Assembly (NCBI GenBank): GCA_965206595.1
Contig: OZ242214.1
Coordinates: 5,408,001 to 5,472,000 of the forward strand
Direction of reading: 5' to 3'
From: Candidatus Latescibacterota bacterium
GTDB taxonomy: Bacteria; Latescibacterota; UBA2968; UBA8231
DNA: 64,000 nt
A program made the translations under genes and the position numbers. The notes below the pieces were generated by a model. That model saw only the letters and a program-made list of their open reading frames with translations, was not told where the DNA came from and did not search any database. This document shows positions 12,403 to 21,971 of this stretch, in pieces; positions within the stretch are counted from its first letter, which is position 1; every line of letters starts with the position of its first letter.

Positions 12403-13599
12403 CTATTTCTCCTGCCGGGGCTCGCGACAGCTGCTCAACGCCTCGGCCAGTTCCTCCCGGACGCCGGCGTCCTCCTCTTCAGCCAGGGAGTTCTGCAAGG
12501 CGTTCTCCGCTTCGGGGCCGCGCAGCTGTCCCAGGGCCCAGGCGACGTGTCCGCGCACCAGGGGCTCTTCGTGCTTCAGCGCCGGAATCAGTACCCCGAC
12601 CGCCTCGGGCCTGCCCGAGTTGCCCAGGGCGACGGCGACGTTGCGCAGGAAGCCGGCTCGTTTGGGCCTCTTGACCGGGCTGTTCCTGAAAAGGCGGTTG
12701 AACCCCTCGGCGTCGAGCTTCATCAACTCCTCCAGGTCGGGCCGCTCCAGTCCCGGTCGCGGCGTGAAGGCGGTCTCGCCAGCCGTCGCCGCCTTGCGGT
12801 TCCACGGGCAGACCTCCTGGCAGACGTCGCACCCGAACAGCCAGTCGCCCATGCCGGGGCGGAGCGCGGCCGGTATGGAGGTTCGCAGCTCGATGGTCAG
12901 GTAGGAGATGCAGCGGCGGGAATCGAGGACGTACGGTTCCGGGAAGGCATCGGTGGGGCAGGCGTCGAGGCACCGGGTGCAGGTTCCGCAGTGGTCGACA
13001 GCGGGCTCGTCGTACTGAAGCTCCAGGTCGGTGACGATTTCCCCCAGGAAGAACCAGGAACCCCGCCGCTTGTTGATCAGGCAGGTGTTCTTCCCCCACC
13101 ACCCCAGGCCGGCGCGCTGGGCAAGCTCCCGCTCGAGCACCGGGGCGGTATCGACGTACCAGCGGCCCCGGACCGGCCTGCCGGCTTCCTCCTCGATGAA
13201 GCGCCACAGCTCGGCGAGGCGCTCTTTCACCACCTCGTGGTAGTCGTCGCCGCGCGCGTACGCCGAAATCTGCCCGCCGAGTCGGGGGGAATCGTCCCGT
13301 CCTGCGGGTGCTGTCTCCTGCGGGCCGGGGTGGTAGTCCATGCCAACGCAGATGACGCTGGCCGCGCCCGGTACCAGCAGGCGCGGGTCGCCGCGCTTTT
13401 GGAGGTTGCGCTCGAGGTACTCCATCTCCCCGGCGTACCCCAGGGCGACCCAGCGGGCGTAGAAATCGCTGCCGGGAAGCGGCTCGGCCGGGGTTACCCC
13501 GAACAGGCCGAACCCGAGGGAACGGCCGTGCCCGCGGATCGACGCGGTCAGCTTCGCCAGCTCATCGCCGGAGCTTTCTGTTGTTGGCCTGCGGTTCAT
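12403..13599 (-). CDS. queG: tRNA epoxyqueuosine(34) reductase QueG with C-terminal HEAT repeats
   Basis: YARGDDYH, VDTAPVLER, GWWGKN, CGTCTRCLDACPT, GCDVCQEVCPWN and RNVAVALGN. Confidence 0.96.
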   Translation of the reverse strand: MNRRPTTESSGDELAKLTASIRGHGRSLGFGLFGVTPAEPLPGSDFYARWVALGYAGEMEYLERNLQKRGDPRLLVPGAASVICVGMDYHPGPQETAPAGRDDSPRLGGQISAYARGDDYHEVVKERLAELWRFIEEEAGRPVRGRWYVDTAPVLERELAQRAGLGWWGKNTCLINKRRGSWFFLGEIVTDLELQYDEPAVDHCGTCTRCLDACPTDAFPEPYVLDSRRCISYLTIELRTSIPAALRPGMGDWLFGCDVCQEVCPWNRKAATAGETAFTPRPGLERPDLEELMKLDAEGFNRLFRNSPVKRPKRAGFLRNVAVALGNSGRPEAVGVLIPALKHEEPLVRGHVAWALGQLRGPEAENALQNSLAEEEDAGVREELAEALSSCREPRQEK

Positions 13600-13644
13600 G
13601 GCAAGGGTAGAGGGCGCCGTTGCGCGCCGGCGAAGGCGGCCGGG

Positions 13645-14961
13645 TTACTGGAACAGCTCGACGATATAGGGAAAGACCAGCCGGTTGAGGTCGTTGAACG
13701 TCACCAGGATCATCAGCCCGAGGATCAGGGCCAGGCCGACCTGCTGGCAGAACTCCCTTTTGCGCAGCGACAGGGGCCGGCGCATCACCGCCTCGAGGGT
13801 GAGGAAGACGAGGTGTCCACCGTCGAGGGCGGGAATCGGCATGAGGTTGAGGATGGCGAGGTTCACACTCAGCAGGGAGAGGAAATAGATGAAATGTTCG
13901 AGCCCCCGTTCCGCGGTGTCGTCCGCCATCTTGGCGATAAGGATCGGGCCGCCGAGCTCCTTGTAGCGGTCTTCCTCGAAGATGTTGCCGATGAAGTCGA
14001 GGATGAGACCGGCTGAATTGACCAGGCCGGCGGCGCTCAGGGACGCCGCCTCCCGGAACGAGACGTCCGCGGTCGACATGTGCGGGCCGATGCCGATCTG
14101 GCCGATGGTGCCCCCTCCCTCGGGGCGCGCCTCCGGGGTTATCGGCGTCGTTATCGACTCGCCGTCGCGGAGCCAGGAGATTTCGATCTCCTCTCCCGGA
14201 TGGCGGCTTATCTGCTGCCGCATCTCGTCCCAGGTTCTCACTTCGGCCCCGGCGACGCTGGTGATGCGGTCCCCCTCCTTCAGCCCGACTCCTTCCGCCG
14301 GCATACCCTCCACTACCCCGCCGACGACGGTGGGATACAGCAGCGACAGGCCGTACGGCATGCCGGAGGACTTTACCTCCCGGCCGGCGGCCGTCTCCCG
14401 CGGCAGGTCGAAGGCCAGGATGCGGCCGTCGCGCTCGGCGTCGACGGTAACGGCTCCCCCGGCCGCACTTTCGAACTCCCGCCGGAGCTCGTGGTAGTTG
14501 GCCACCGACTGGTCGCCGACGCGGACGACGACGTCGCCGTAGCGCAGGCCGGCGAGGGCTGCAGGGGACCCCTCGAGGGGATCGACCGCCGTCGAATCGA
14601 CGCTGGGGACCCCGTAGGCCGAAAACAGGAACAGGAAGGCGGCGTACGCGAACAGCAGGTTCATCGCCGGTCCCGCGGCGATGACGGCCATGCGGACCCA
14701 GATCGGTTTCGAGGGGAATTCCCAGTCCGCTCCCGATGACTCCTCCGCGCCGACGTCGGCCATGCCGGCAACCTTCACGTAGCCGCCGAACGGTATCCAC
14801 GACAGACAGTAGTCGGTCTCCTTCCACTTGAAACCGATCATCCTCGGCGGGTATCCGAGGGAGAAGCGTTCGACGCGAATGCCGGCGCGCTTGGCGACGA
14901 GGAAATGACCCAGCTCGTGCACGAAGATGAGAATGCCGAGGGCGATCAGGAAGTAGAGCAT
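13645..14961 (-). CDS. rseP: RIP metalloprotease RseP with two PDZ domains
   Basis: HELGH, IPFGGYVK and NLMPIPALDGG; uppS-cdsA-rseP synteny. Confidence 0.95.
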   Translation of the reverse strand: MLYFLIALGILIFVHELGHFLVAKRAGIRVERFSLGYPPRMIGFKWKETDYCLSWIPFGGYVKVAGMADVGAEESSGADWEFPSKPIWVRMAVIAAGPAMNLLFAYAAFLFLFSAYGVPSVDSTAVDPLEGSPAALAGLRYGDVVVRVGDQSVANYHELRREFESAAGGAVTVDAERDGRILAFDLPRETAAGREVKSSGMPYGLSLLYPTVVGGVVEGMPAEGVGLKEGDRITSVAGAEVRTWDEMRQQISRHPGEEIEISWLRDGESITTPITPEARPEGGGTIGQIGIGPHMSTADVSFREAASLSAAGLVNSAGLILDFIGNIFEEDRYKELGGPILIAKMADDTAERGLEHFIYFLSLLSVNLAILNLMPIPALDGGHLVFLTLEAVMRRPLSLRKREFCQQVGLALILGLMILVTFNDLNRLVFPYIVELFQ

Positions 14962-14970
14962 GGCGTCAGG

Positions 14971-15819
14971 TCAGCCGGAGCCCGGGGGAGTCAGTTGCTG
15001 CAGGAGCAGGAGGTAGGCGTAGGCGAGAGGAAAGCAGAAGAAATAGGAATCGAAACGGTCGAGCAAACCGCCGTGGCCCGGTATGAGCGCGGGGGCGTCC
15101 TTGACTCCGTAGTCCCGTTTGAGCGCCGACTGCACGAGATCTCCGATCTGTGCGCTGGCCGCAACCACCAGAAACAACCCGGCCAGTTCCCAATAAGAGA
15201 ATACCGGGACGAATGGCTGCAACAGGGCCGGAAGCAGCCCGGCCAGCAACCCGGCGACAGCTCCTGTCACGGTCTTGTTCGGGCTTATTCCGGGAACGAG
15301 CCTTTGCCTTCCCCAAAGGCGTCCGGCACCGTAGGCCGCGGTATCGGTGATCCAAAGGCTGACGAAGATCAGTCCCAGCAGCACCCCGGGCTCGCCGCTG
15401 CGCAGCAGATCGCGGTCGGCCGCCAGCAGGAGCGGGGCGCTGCCCAGCAGTCCGGTGTAGAGAACGCCTGCCAGGGTCAGGGCCGCGCTGACCGCAAACC
15501 CGGCCGTTCCCCCCCGCAACGCCGCGGCGAAAACGACCGCCGCTGAGAGCATCATCGCCAGCGGCAGGTGGGCGGTTCCGGCGAGGTGCAGAAAGGCGCA
15601 CAGCCCCAGGCTGAGAAGTATCCCCAACGATTTCAGGGGTCTGTACCCGGCGTTGCCCGCCAAGTGGTAGAACTCCCAGCTCGACCTGCCGACGATGGCG
15701 GCGACCAGGGCGAACAGGGCCCAGCCGCCTGCCCAGGTCAGGGCGAGAATCCCGGGCACGAGAACGCAGGCCGAGGCGGTTCTGCGCGCGAAGTTCCGCC
15801 CGGGACCTTCCATGTGCAT
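14971..15819 (-). CDS. cdsA: Phosphatidate cytidylyltransferase
   Basis: DTAAY, ISPNKTVTG and GDLVQSALKRDYGVKD...IPGHGGLLDRFDS. Confidence 0.95.
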   Translation of the reverse strand: MHMEGPGRNFARRTASACVLVPGILALTWAGGWALFALVAAIVGRSSWEFYHLAGNAGYRPLKSLGILLSLGLCAFLHLAGTAHLPLAMMLSAAVVFAAALRGGTAGFAVSAALTLAGVLYTGLLGSAPLLLAADRDLLRSGEPGVLLGLIFVSLWITDTAAYGAGRLWGRQRLVPGISPNKTVTGAVAGLLAGLLPALLQPFVPVFSYWELAGLFLVVAASAQIGDLVQSALKRDYGVKDAPALIPGHGGLLDRFDSYFFCFPLAYAYLLLLQQLTPPGSG

Positions 15820-15834
15820 GACTCCCGGACACTC

Positions 15835-16605
15835 TCAGGCGCCGCCGAACCGTCGTTGGCGCTGCTGGAAATCGCGGATCGCCTGGTAGAGGTGGTGGCG
15901 CCGGAAGTCGGGCCAGTACACGGGGGTGAACCAGATCTCGGTGTAGATCATCTGCCAAGGGAGAAAGTTGCTCAGCCGCATCTCGCCGCTGCAGCGAATC
16001 AGCAGGTCCGGGTCGGAGATGCCTCCGGTGTAGAGAGCGGCGCTGATGTCCTCCTCGTCGATGTCGCAGGGGTTGATGACTCCGTCCCGCGCCCTGGCGG
16101 CCAGCGTCCGGCAGGCGTCGACCAGCTCGCCGCGACCGCCGTAGTTCAGCGCGAGGTTGAGCAGCAGGCCGTCGTTCGGGGCGGTGTCCCGCAGTGCCTT
16201 GTCGAGGGCAAACCGCACCGCCTTCGGCAGGCCCTCGAGGCGGCCGATGGCGTTGAGGCGCACGTTGTTCCGGTGCAGCTCCGGGGTTTCGTCACGGAGC
16301 GACTCGCGCAGCCACCTCATCAGCGTGGTGACTTCCTTTCTCGGCCGGCTCCAGTTCTCGGTGGAGAAGGTGTAGAGGGTCAGCGCCTCGGTGCCGAGCT
16401 GGCCGCAGGCGCGCACGATGTCGCGAACCGAGTCGCGGCCGTGCCGGTGGCCTTCGGTCACAGCCAGACTCTGCTCTTTCGCCCAGCGGCGGTCGCCGTC
16501 CATGATGATGGCGATGTGCCGGGGCAGGTTGCCGTGCTCCTTCAGCTTCGCCTGGACGCGGACATCCTCTTCGTCGTGCCGCGGATCTGTGATCTCTTCT
16601 TTCAC
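15835..16605 (-). CDS. uppS: Undecaprenyl diphosphate synthase (cis-prenyltransferase)
   Basis: PRHIAIIMDGDRRWA, FSTENWSRP, ALNYGGR, PDLLIRCSGEMRLSNF and C-terminal RRFGG. Start placed at GTG 16605. Confidence 0.94.
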   Translation of the reverse strand: MKEEITDPRHDEEDVRVQAKLKEHGNLPRHIAIIMDGDRRWAKEQSLAVTEGHRHGRDSVRDIVRACGQLGTEALTLYTFSTENWSRPRKEVTTLMRWLRESLRDETPELHRNNVRLNAIGRLEGLPKAVRFALDKALRDTAPNDGLLLNLALNYGGRGELVDACRTLAARARDGVINPCDIDEEDISAALYTGGISDPDLLIRCSGEMRLSNFLPWQMIYTEIWFTPVYWPDFRRHHLYQAIRDFQQRQRRFGGA

Positions 16606-16842
16606 GAGAGTGGATCGGTGAGTGGGGGTGGCGAACCCGCGGCCCAAAGGCAAACCGCGGGCGGGCGAAACAATCCAATCTACCGGCTGCGGTTCCGCCC
16701 CGCAATTGAAGGCGGCTGACCACAGTGACGACGGAATACCCTGTCGTATTATTACTGGGGGCACGGAAAAAACAGGGCGAGGAGCCGGCCTGCGGTCTGC
16801 CGGTTCTGCGCGGAGAGTTGCCCGCCGGAACGGGCAGCTTCC

Positions 16843-16871
16843 TTGACACTCGAATACCCCGGGGGGATTGT
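16843..16871 (+). promoter_or_regulatory. Putative sigma70 promoter, possibly leaderless
   Basis: TTGACA-17 bp-GATTGT, then 7 nt to ATG 16879. Confidence 0.4.
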
Positions 16872-16878
16872 ACCGGCG

Positions 16879-17469
16879 ATGACGGCAGGCGCCAAAATCG
16901 ACAAGGCGCGGATGCGGACCGCGTGCCTGCAACGGCGCCGTGCGATGAGTGCCGAGCGGGCCTCCGGGCTCAGCCGCAGGATCGCCGCCCGGGTTCTCGA
17001 CCTGGAGGAGGTGTCCGCGGCCGCGGCCATTCACACCTACGTCGGCAGCCTGCCGAACGAAGTGGCGACCCGCGGACTGATCGCCGCCCTGCTCGGCCTG
17101 GGGAAACGGATCGTGGTCCCGGTAGTCCCCGGCCCCGGGCAACCGCTGCGGCACGCCGAGATCGGCAGCCTCGACGAATTGAAGCGCGGACCGCTCGGCA
17201 TCCTGCAGCCCCCCGCCGGCGCGGAGCTGCCCGCCATCGACGCGGTTCTCGTGCCTGCGGTCGCCTGCGACCGGAAGGGAAACCGCCTCGGCATGGGGGG
17301 CGGCCACTACGACCGCATGTTGCGCCCGCTACGGGTTCCCGCGGTGGCACTGGTCTACGAAGAGTTCGTCGTCGGCGCCGTGCCTGCCGAGCCGCACGAT
17401 ACCCCCGTCGACACGGTGTTGACGGAACGGAACACCTACCGAACCCGATCGAAAGGAGAAGAGCCGTGA
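16879..17469 (+). CDS. 5-formyltetrahydrofolate cyclo-ligase
   Basis: NEVAT and VLVPAVACDRKGNRLGMGGGHYDR motifs; VPAEPHD.PVD. Confidence 0.92.
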   Translation: MTAGAKIDKARMRTACLQRRRAMSAERASGLSRRIAARVLDLEEVSAAAAIHTYVGSLPNEVATRGLIAALLGLGKRIVVPVVPGPGQPLRHAEIGSLDELKRGPLGILQPPAGAELPAIDAVLVPAVACDRKGNRLGMGGGHYDRMLRPLRVPAVALVYEEFVVGAVPAEPHDTPVDTVLTERNTYRTRSKGEEP

Positions 17470-17771
17470 TCTACGAGCTGAGGATCTACCGCCTGCATCC
17501 GGGAACGAAGAGAGATTTCCTGCGCGAGTTCCGGAAGGCGCGAAAGTTCATGGAGAAGTACGGCGTCACCTTCGTCGACGCCTGGGAAAACGAGGACCGC
17601 GAGGATGAGTTCGTCTGGATGCGCTCGTTCGCGAACCACAAGGCCCGGGACAAGGCGATAGAGGCCTACTACAGCTCCCCGGAGTGGATGAAGATCGTCG
17701 ACGCCATTCGCGCCACCATACGCCGGCGCGAGGTGCGCATCATGAAACAGGTCAGGGCCGCGGGCAGCTGA
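17466..17771 (+). CDS. NIPSNAP family protein
   Basis: (M)IYELRIYRLHPG...FVWMRSF...YYSSPEW. GTG overlaps the upstream TGA; SD AAGGAG. Confidence 0.85.
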   Translation: MIYELRIYRLHPGTKRDFLREFRKARKFMEKYGVTFVDAWENEDREDEFVWMRSFANHKARDKAIEAYYSSPEWMKIVDAIRATIRRREVRIMKQVRAAGS

Positions 17772-17787
17772 CGGCGCCCGGCGATCG

Positions 17788-18822
17788 ATGGGCGGCTCCC
17801 TCTCCTTCGGCACGATCCGCGTTTCCCCGGGCCTGCTGCTGGCGCCGATGGAGGACGTTTCCGACCTGCCGTTTCGCGTCATCTGCAGACGCCTCGGGGC
17901 CGACATGGTCTACACCGAGTTCGTCAACGCCGAGGGGCTGGTGCGCGAGTTGGAGAGCGGCCGGCGGCGCACCCACGGGAAGCTGAAGTTCCTGCCGGAA
18001 GAGCGGCCCTTCGGCATCCAGATCTACGGCGCCTCGGAGCTGTCGATGGAGAAGGCGGCGGAGATCGCCACTGCCGCCGGTCCCGATCTCATCGACGTCA
18101 ACTGCGGCTGCTGGGTGAGCAACGTCGCCCTGCGCGGCGCCGGCGCCGGCCTGCTGCGCGATCTGCCGCGCATGAAGGAGGTGGTGGCGCGGGTGCAGTC
18201 GGCTACCCACCTGCCGGTCACGGTGAAGACGCGGCTCGGCTGGGACGCCGAAACGATTCGCATCGTCGAGGTGGCGCGCATGCTCGAGCAGATCGGCGTG
18301 CAGGCCCTGGCCGTGCACTGCCGCACCCGGGCCCAGGGGCACAAGGGGGATGTCGACTACGGCTACATTCCCAGGATCAGGGAGGCGGTCTCCATTCCCG
18401 TCATTCTAAACGGGGACCTGACGCGGGCGGAGGAGGTCGCCGCGGCGTTCGCCGACACCGGGTGCGACGCCGTGATGATCGGCCGCGGTGCCATCCGCCA
18501 CCCCTGGGTGTTCCGCGAGTCGCGGCATTTCCTCGCCACCGGCCGCCACCTGCCTTCCCCGTCCGGGCGCGAGCGCAGCGAGGTCTGCCTCGAGCACCTG
18601 CGCCTCGCCGTCAGGGAGCGCGGCGAGCGTCAGGCCGTGATCTCCCTGCGGCGCCACTACAGCGGCTACTTCCGCGGCCTGCGCCAGGCCTCGCGGTTGC
18701 GCGCCGAGTTGTCGCAATACCGGGAGGCAGCCGCCATCGAGGACCGCCTCGAAGAGCTGGCCCGCGTGCTGCCGGAGCCGGAGGAGGCATCCGGGCCGGC
18801 GGTTTCCGCGGCCGCCGTCTGA
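17788..18822 (+). CDS. dusB: tRNA dihydrouridine synthase (DusB-like)
   Basis: LAPMEDVSDLPFR, IDVNCGC, PVTVKTRLGWD, NGD and VMIGRGA. Confidence 0.92.
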   Translation: MGGSLSFGTIRVSPGLLLAPMEDVSDLPFRVICRRLGADMVYTEFVNAEGLVRELESGRRRTHGKLKFLPEERPFGIQIYGASELSMEKAAEIATAAGPDLIDVNCGCWVSNVALRGAGAGLLRDLPRMKEVVARVQSATHLPVTVKTRLGWDAETIRIVEVARMLEQIGVQALAVHCRTRAQGHKGDVDYGYIPRIREAVSIPVILNGDLTRAEEVAAAFADTGCDAVMIGRGAIRHPWVFRESRHFLATGRHLPSPSGRERSEVCLEHLRLAVRERGERQAVISLRRHYSGYFRGLRQASRLRAELSQYREAAAIEDRLEELARVLPEPEEASGPAVSAAAV

Positions 18823-18836
18823 TTTCCCCCGCAGCC

Positions 18837-19370
18837 ATGGTGCAGCCGGGGTCCCTCCATTCCGGTGTCGTTCGCTACGTCCCCGAGGTCCCCTTTCCGC
18901 GCTACCGTCACCTTCCCGGAGAAACGCCCCACCCGCACAGGGATCCGCAGGGCCACCGCTTCCGCTGCCCCTTCGACGGCGGCGTCCCCGATGGCGCCGG
19001 CTGGCGCGGCAACAAGGCCTACCTGCTCGGGGTAGACCTCTACAACCACGGTTTCTGGTGGGAAGCGCACGAGCAGTGGGAGCCGCTGTGGCTGGGCGCC
19101 GGGCCGCGGACGGCCGCGGGACTATTCCTGCAGGGGCTGATTCAGCTCGCCGCTGCGGCGATAAAGCAGCACCAGGGCAACGGGCGCGGTTTCCGGCTTC
19201 TGTCGGAGCAGGGTCTGCAAAAACTGGAGGAAGTGTCGAACCGCTGCGGGACCCGCTTCCTGGGGCTGGACATCGAGGGCTTCGCCGCTTCCTGGGGCGC
19301 GTTCCGCGGCCAGGGGGTATCTCGCGGCTCCGGATGCGTTCCCACGATCCGGCTCGGCCCCTGCGTTTGA
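18837..19370 (+). CDS. DUF309 domain protein
   Basis: GVDLYNHGFWWEAHEQWEPLW...LQGLIQLAAA signature. Confidence 0.85.
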   Translation: MVQPGSLHSGVVRYVPEVPFPRYRHLPGETPHPHRDPQGHRFRCPFDGGVPDGAGWRGNKAYLLGVDLYNHGFWWEAHEQWEPLWLGAGPRTAAGLFLQGLIQLAAAAIKQHQGNGRGFRLLSEQGLQKLEEVSNRCGTRFLGLDIEGFAASWGAFRGQGVSRGSGCVPTIRLGPCV

Positions 19371-19449
19371 AGACTGTCCCGAAATTGGCCGCGAAGGTCC
19401 GGTCGGGGACTCGACTCGACCCCGGGAGCCGACGCCTGCTTCTCCCGGC

Positions 19450-20385
19450 TCAGCCGCTGGCGCCGCCAGCCGCGGGGGACTGGCTCTCCCGCCACGGTTC
19501 GAGCTTGCCGAAGCGGTCGGCGACGGCGTCGAGGAGGCTGCGGATCGCCGGGCCGAAGTAGCGCCCCTTTCTCCACGCCAGGCCGATCTCGCGCTCGAAG
19601 CGCAGCTCTGGGGCCGGCACCACGCACAAGGTTCCGGCGGCCAGCGACTCGGCCACCGTCATGCGCGGCAGGAACGAGATCCCCATGCCCGACTCGACGA
19701 GCTTGCGCATCGCTTCCGGCGAGCGCATCTCCATGGCGACCCGCGGCGTGATCCCCAGCTCGGCGAAACGCTCGTCGACGATGCGGCGCGACACCGACTC
19801 GGAGTGAAACAGGATCAGGGGCTCGGCGGCGATCTCGGCGGCGGCCGCGGCGCGGCCGGCTAGCCGGTGGCCGGCGCCGGCGACGAGCGGCATCTCGTCC
19901 CGGACGAGGGAGAGCGTCGCTATGCGCGGGTGCTCGAACGGCAGGGTGATGACGGCGAACTCCGAGCGGTTCATCAGCAGGTCTTCCACCAGGTAGCGCG
20001 AAGAGGCGACCTGCGTCGACAGCTCGACGTGGGGATGGGCGTCCCGGTAGGACTGCAGGATATCGGGAAGCAGGTAGATGACCGCGGCGTCGATGGCGCC
20101 GAAGCGGAACCCCTGCTCGGTGAGGACATTCCCTTTGCGCACCCGCTCGACCGCTTCGTCGACTAGGTCCTCGATCTGCAGCGCGTAGGTCAGCAGGGCC
20201 CGGCCCTCCAGGGTGAGATCGACTCGACGCCCCGCGCGGTTGAACAACCGCGTCCCGAGGAGTCGTTCCAACTCGGCAATCCCGCTGCTCACGGTCGGCT
20301 GGGTGACGTGGAGGTCCCTGGCGGCCCGGGTGAAACCGCCCGCCCTGACGATCGCCAGGAAATAGCGGAGGTGTTGGAGGTTCAT
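19450..20385 (-). CDS. LysR-family transcriptional regulator
   Basis: MNLQHLRYF...FTRAARDLHVTQPTVSSGIAELERLLGTRLFNR HTH plus a substrate-binding domain. Confidence 0.95.
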   Translation of the reverse strand: MNLQHLRYFLAIVRAGGFTRAARDLHVTQPTVSSGIAELERLLGTRLFNRAGRRVDLTLEGRALLTYALQIEDLVDEAVERVRKGNVLTEQGFRFGAIDAAVIYLLPDILQSYRDAHPHVELSTQVASSRYLVEDLLMNRSEFAVITLPFEHPRIATLSLVRDEMPLVAGAGHRLAGRAAAAAEIAAEPLILFHSESVSRRIVDERFAELGITPRVAMEMRSPEAMRKLVESGMGISFLPRMTVAESLAAGTLCVVPAPELRFEREIGLAWRKGRYFGPAIRSLLDAVADRFGKLEPWRESQSPAAGGASG

Positions 20386-20400
20386 GGCGTTGCGGAGATC

Positions 20401-20437
20401 ATAGAGAAAATCTATTGATAATATAGTTATTATCAAT
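20401..20437. promoter_or_regulatory. LTTR box and adjacent inverted repeat in the lysR/ino1 divergent region
   Basis: ATAG-N7-CTAT (20401-20415, T-N11-A) and ATTGATAATA-N4-TATTATCAAT (20414-20437). Confidence 0.7.
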
Positions 20438-20500
20438 TTGTCTTATGATCGGCGTTCCGTAGGTTCGAACATTCTCAACGAACCCAGGAGGACCGAAGGC

Positions 20501-21814
20501 ATGAACAAACCAGAAAACATCGCTGCCCCGGAGGGGAAGCTCGGCGTGCTGATCCCGGGGATGGGCGCCGTCGCCACCACCTTCATCGCCGGTGTGGAGG
20601 CGATCAAGGCCGGCCTCGGCGAACCGGTCGGATCGCTGACCCAGATGGGCGCCATCCGCCTCGGCAAGCGCACCGACGATCGCTCCCCCCTCATCAGGGA
20701 GTTCGTCCCGCTCGCGGGCCTGGAAGACCTCGTCTTCGGCGGCTGGGACGTCTTTCCCGACGACGCCTACGAGGCGGCGACCCACGCCGGGGTGATCGAG
20801 CAGAAGACACTCGACCAGCTGCGGGATCCACTGGCGGCCCTCGCCCCGATGAAGGCGGTTTTCGACCGCGATTACGTGAAGCGGCTCGAGGGCTCGCACG
20901 TGAAGCAGGGCAAGAACAAGTGGGACATGGCCCTGCAGGTGCGTGAGGACATCCAGCGCTTCAAGAGCGACAACGGCCTCGAGCGGGCGGTGATGATCTG
21001 GTGCGGAAGCACCGAGATCTTCCTCGAAGAGGGCAAGGCGCACGCCAGCGTCGAGGCGTTCGAGAAGGGGATGCGCGAGAACGACCCGTCGATCGCGCCG
21101 AGCATGATCTACGCGTACGCGGCGTTGAGCGAGGGGGTGCCCTACCTCAACGGAGCGCCGAACCTCACCGTCGACATTCCCGCGATGGTCGAGCTGGCGA
21201 AGGCCAACCGGGTGCCGATCGCCGGCAAGGACTTCAAGACCGGCCAGACCCTGATGAAGACGCTGCTGGCCCCCGGCCTCAAGGCGCGGATGCTGGGAGT
21301 GCGCGGCTGGTTCTCCACCAACATCCTCGGCAACCGGGACGGCGAGGTGCTCGACGACCCGGATTCCTTCAAGACGAAGGAGGAGTCGAAGCTCGGCGTC
21401 CTCGACTACATCCTGCAGCCCCACCTGTACCCGTCGCTCTACGGCGAGCTGTACCACAAGGTGCGCATCAACTACTACCCGCCCCGCGGCGACGAAAAGG
21501 AGGGGTGGGACAACATCGACATCTTCGGCTGGCTCGGGTACCCGATGCAGATCAAGGTCGACCTGCTCTGCCGCGACAGCATCCTGGCGGCGCCGCTGGT
21601 GCTCGATCTCGTGCTCTTCGCCGACCTCGCCCAGCGCGCCCGGATGCACGGCGTCCAGGAGTGGCTGTCGTTCTATTTCAAGAGCCCGCAGACGGCGCCG
21701 GGGTTGTATCCGGAGCACGATCTATTCATTCAGTTGATGAAGCTGAAGAACACGCTGCGCTACCTGCAGGGTGAGGAACTGATCACCCATCTGGGGCAGG
21801 AGTACTACGACTGA
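20501..21814 (+). CDS. ino1: Myo-inositol-1-phosphate synthase
   Basis: GMGAVATT, VFGGWD, NGAP, GKDFKTGQT, NILGNRDG and CRDSILAAPLVLDL. Confidence 0.95.
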   Translation: MNKPENIAAPEGKLGVLIPGMGAVATTFIAGVEAIKAGLGEPVGSLTQMGAIRLGKRTDDRSPLIREFVPLAGLEDLVFGGWDVFPDDAYEAATHAGVIEQKTLDQLRDPLAALAPMKAVFDRDYVKRLEGSHVKQGKNKWDMALQVREDIQRFKSDNGLERAVMIWCGSTEIFLEEGKAHASVEAFEKGMRENDPSIAPSMIYAYAALSEGVPYLNGAPNLTVDIPAMVELAKANRVPIAGKDFKTGQTLMKTLLAPGLKARMLGVRGWFSTNILGNRDGEVLDDPDSFKTKEESKLGVLDYILQPHLYPSLYGELYHKVRINYYPPRGDEKEGWDNIDIFGWLGYPMQIKVDLLCRDSILAAPLVLDLVLFADLAQRARMHGVQEWLSFYFKSPQTAPGLYPEHDLFIQLMKLKNTLRYLQGEELITHLGQEYYD

Positions 21815-21971
21815 CCGAGGACCGGGCGGCAAGCAGGAGATGCGGAGCCCGGGGACATGCCCCCATTCCTGGATGCTGCGCCCGACGAGCCCCCGCTTCC
21901 TGAAGACGAACGGAAGGGGTAGGAAGCGTTCGGGGTAGTGCAGCCCGAAGCCCCGGTAGTTCCTTCCGGTT

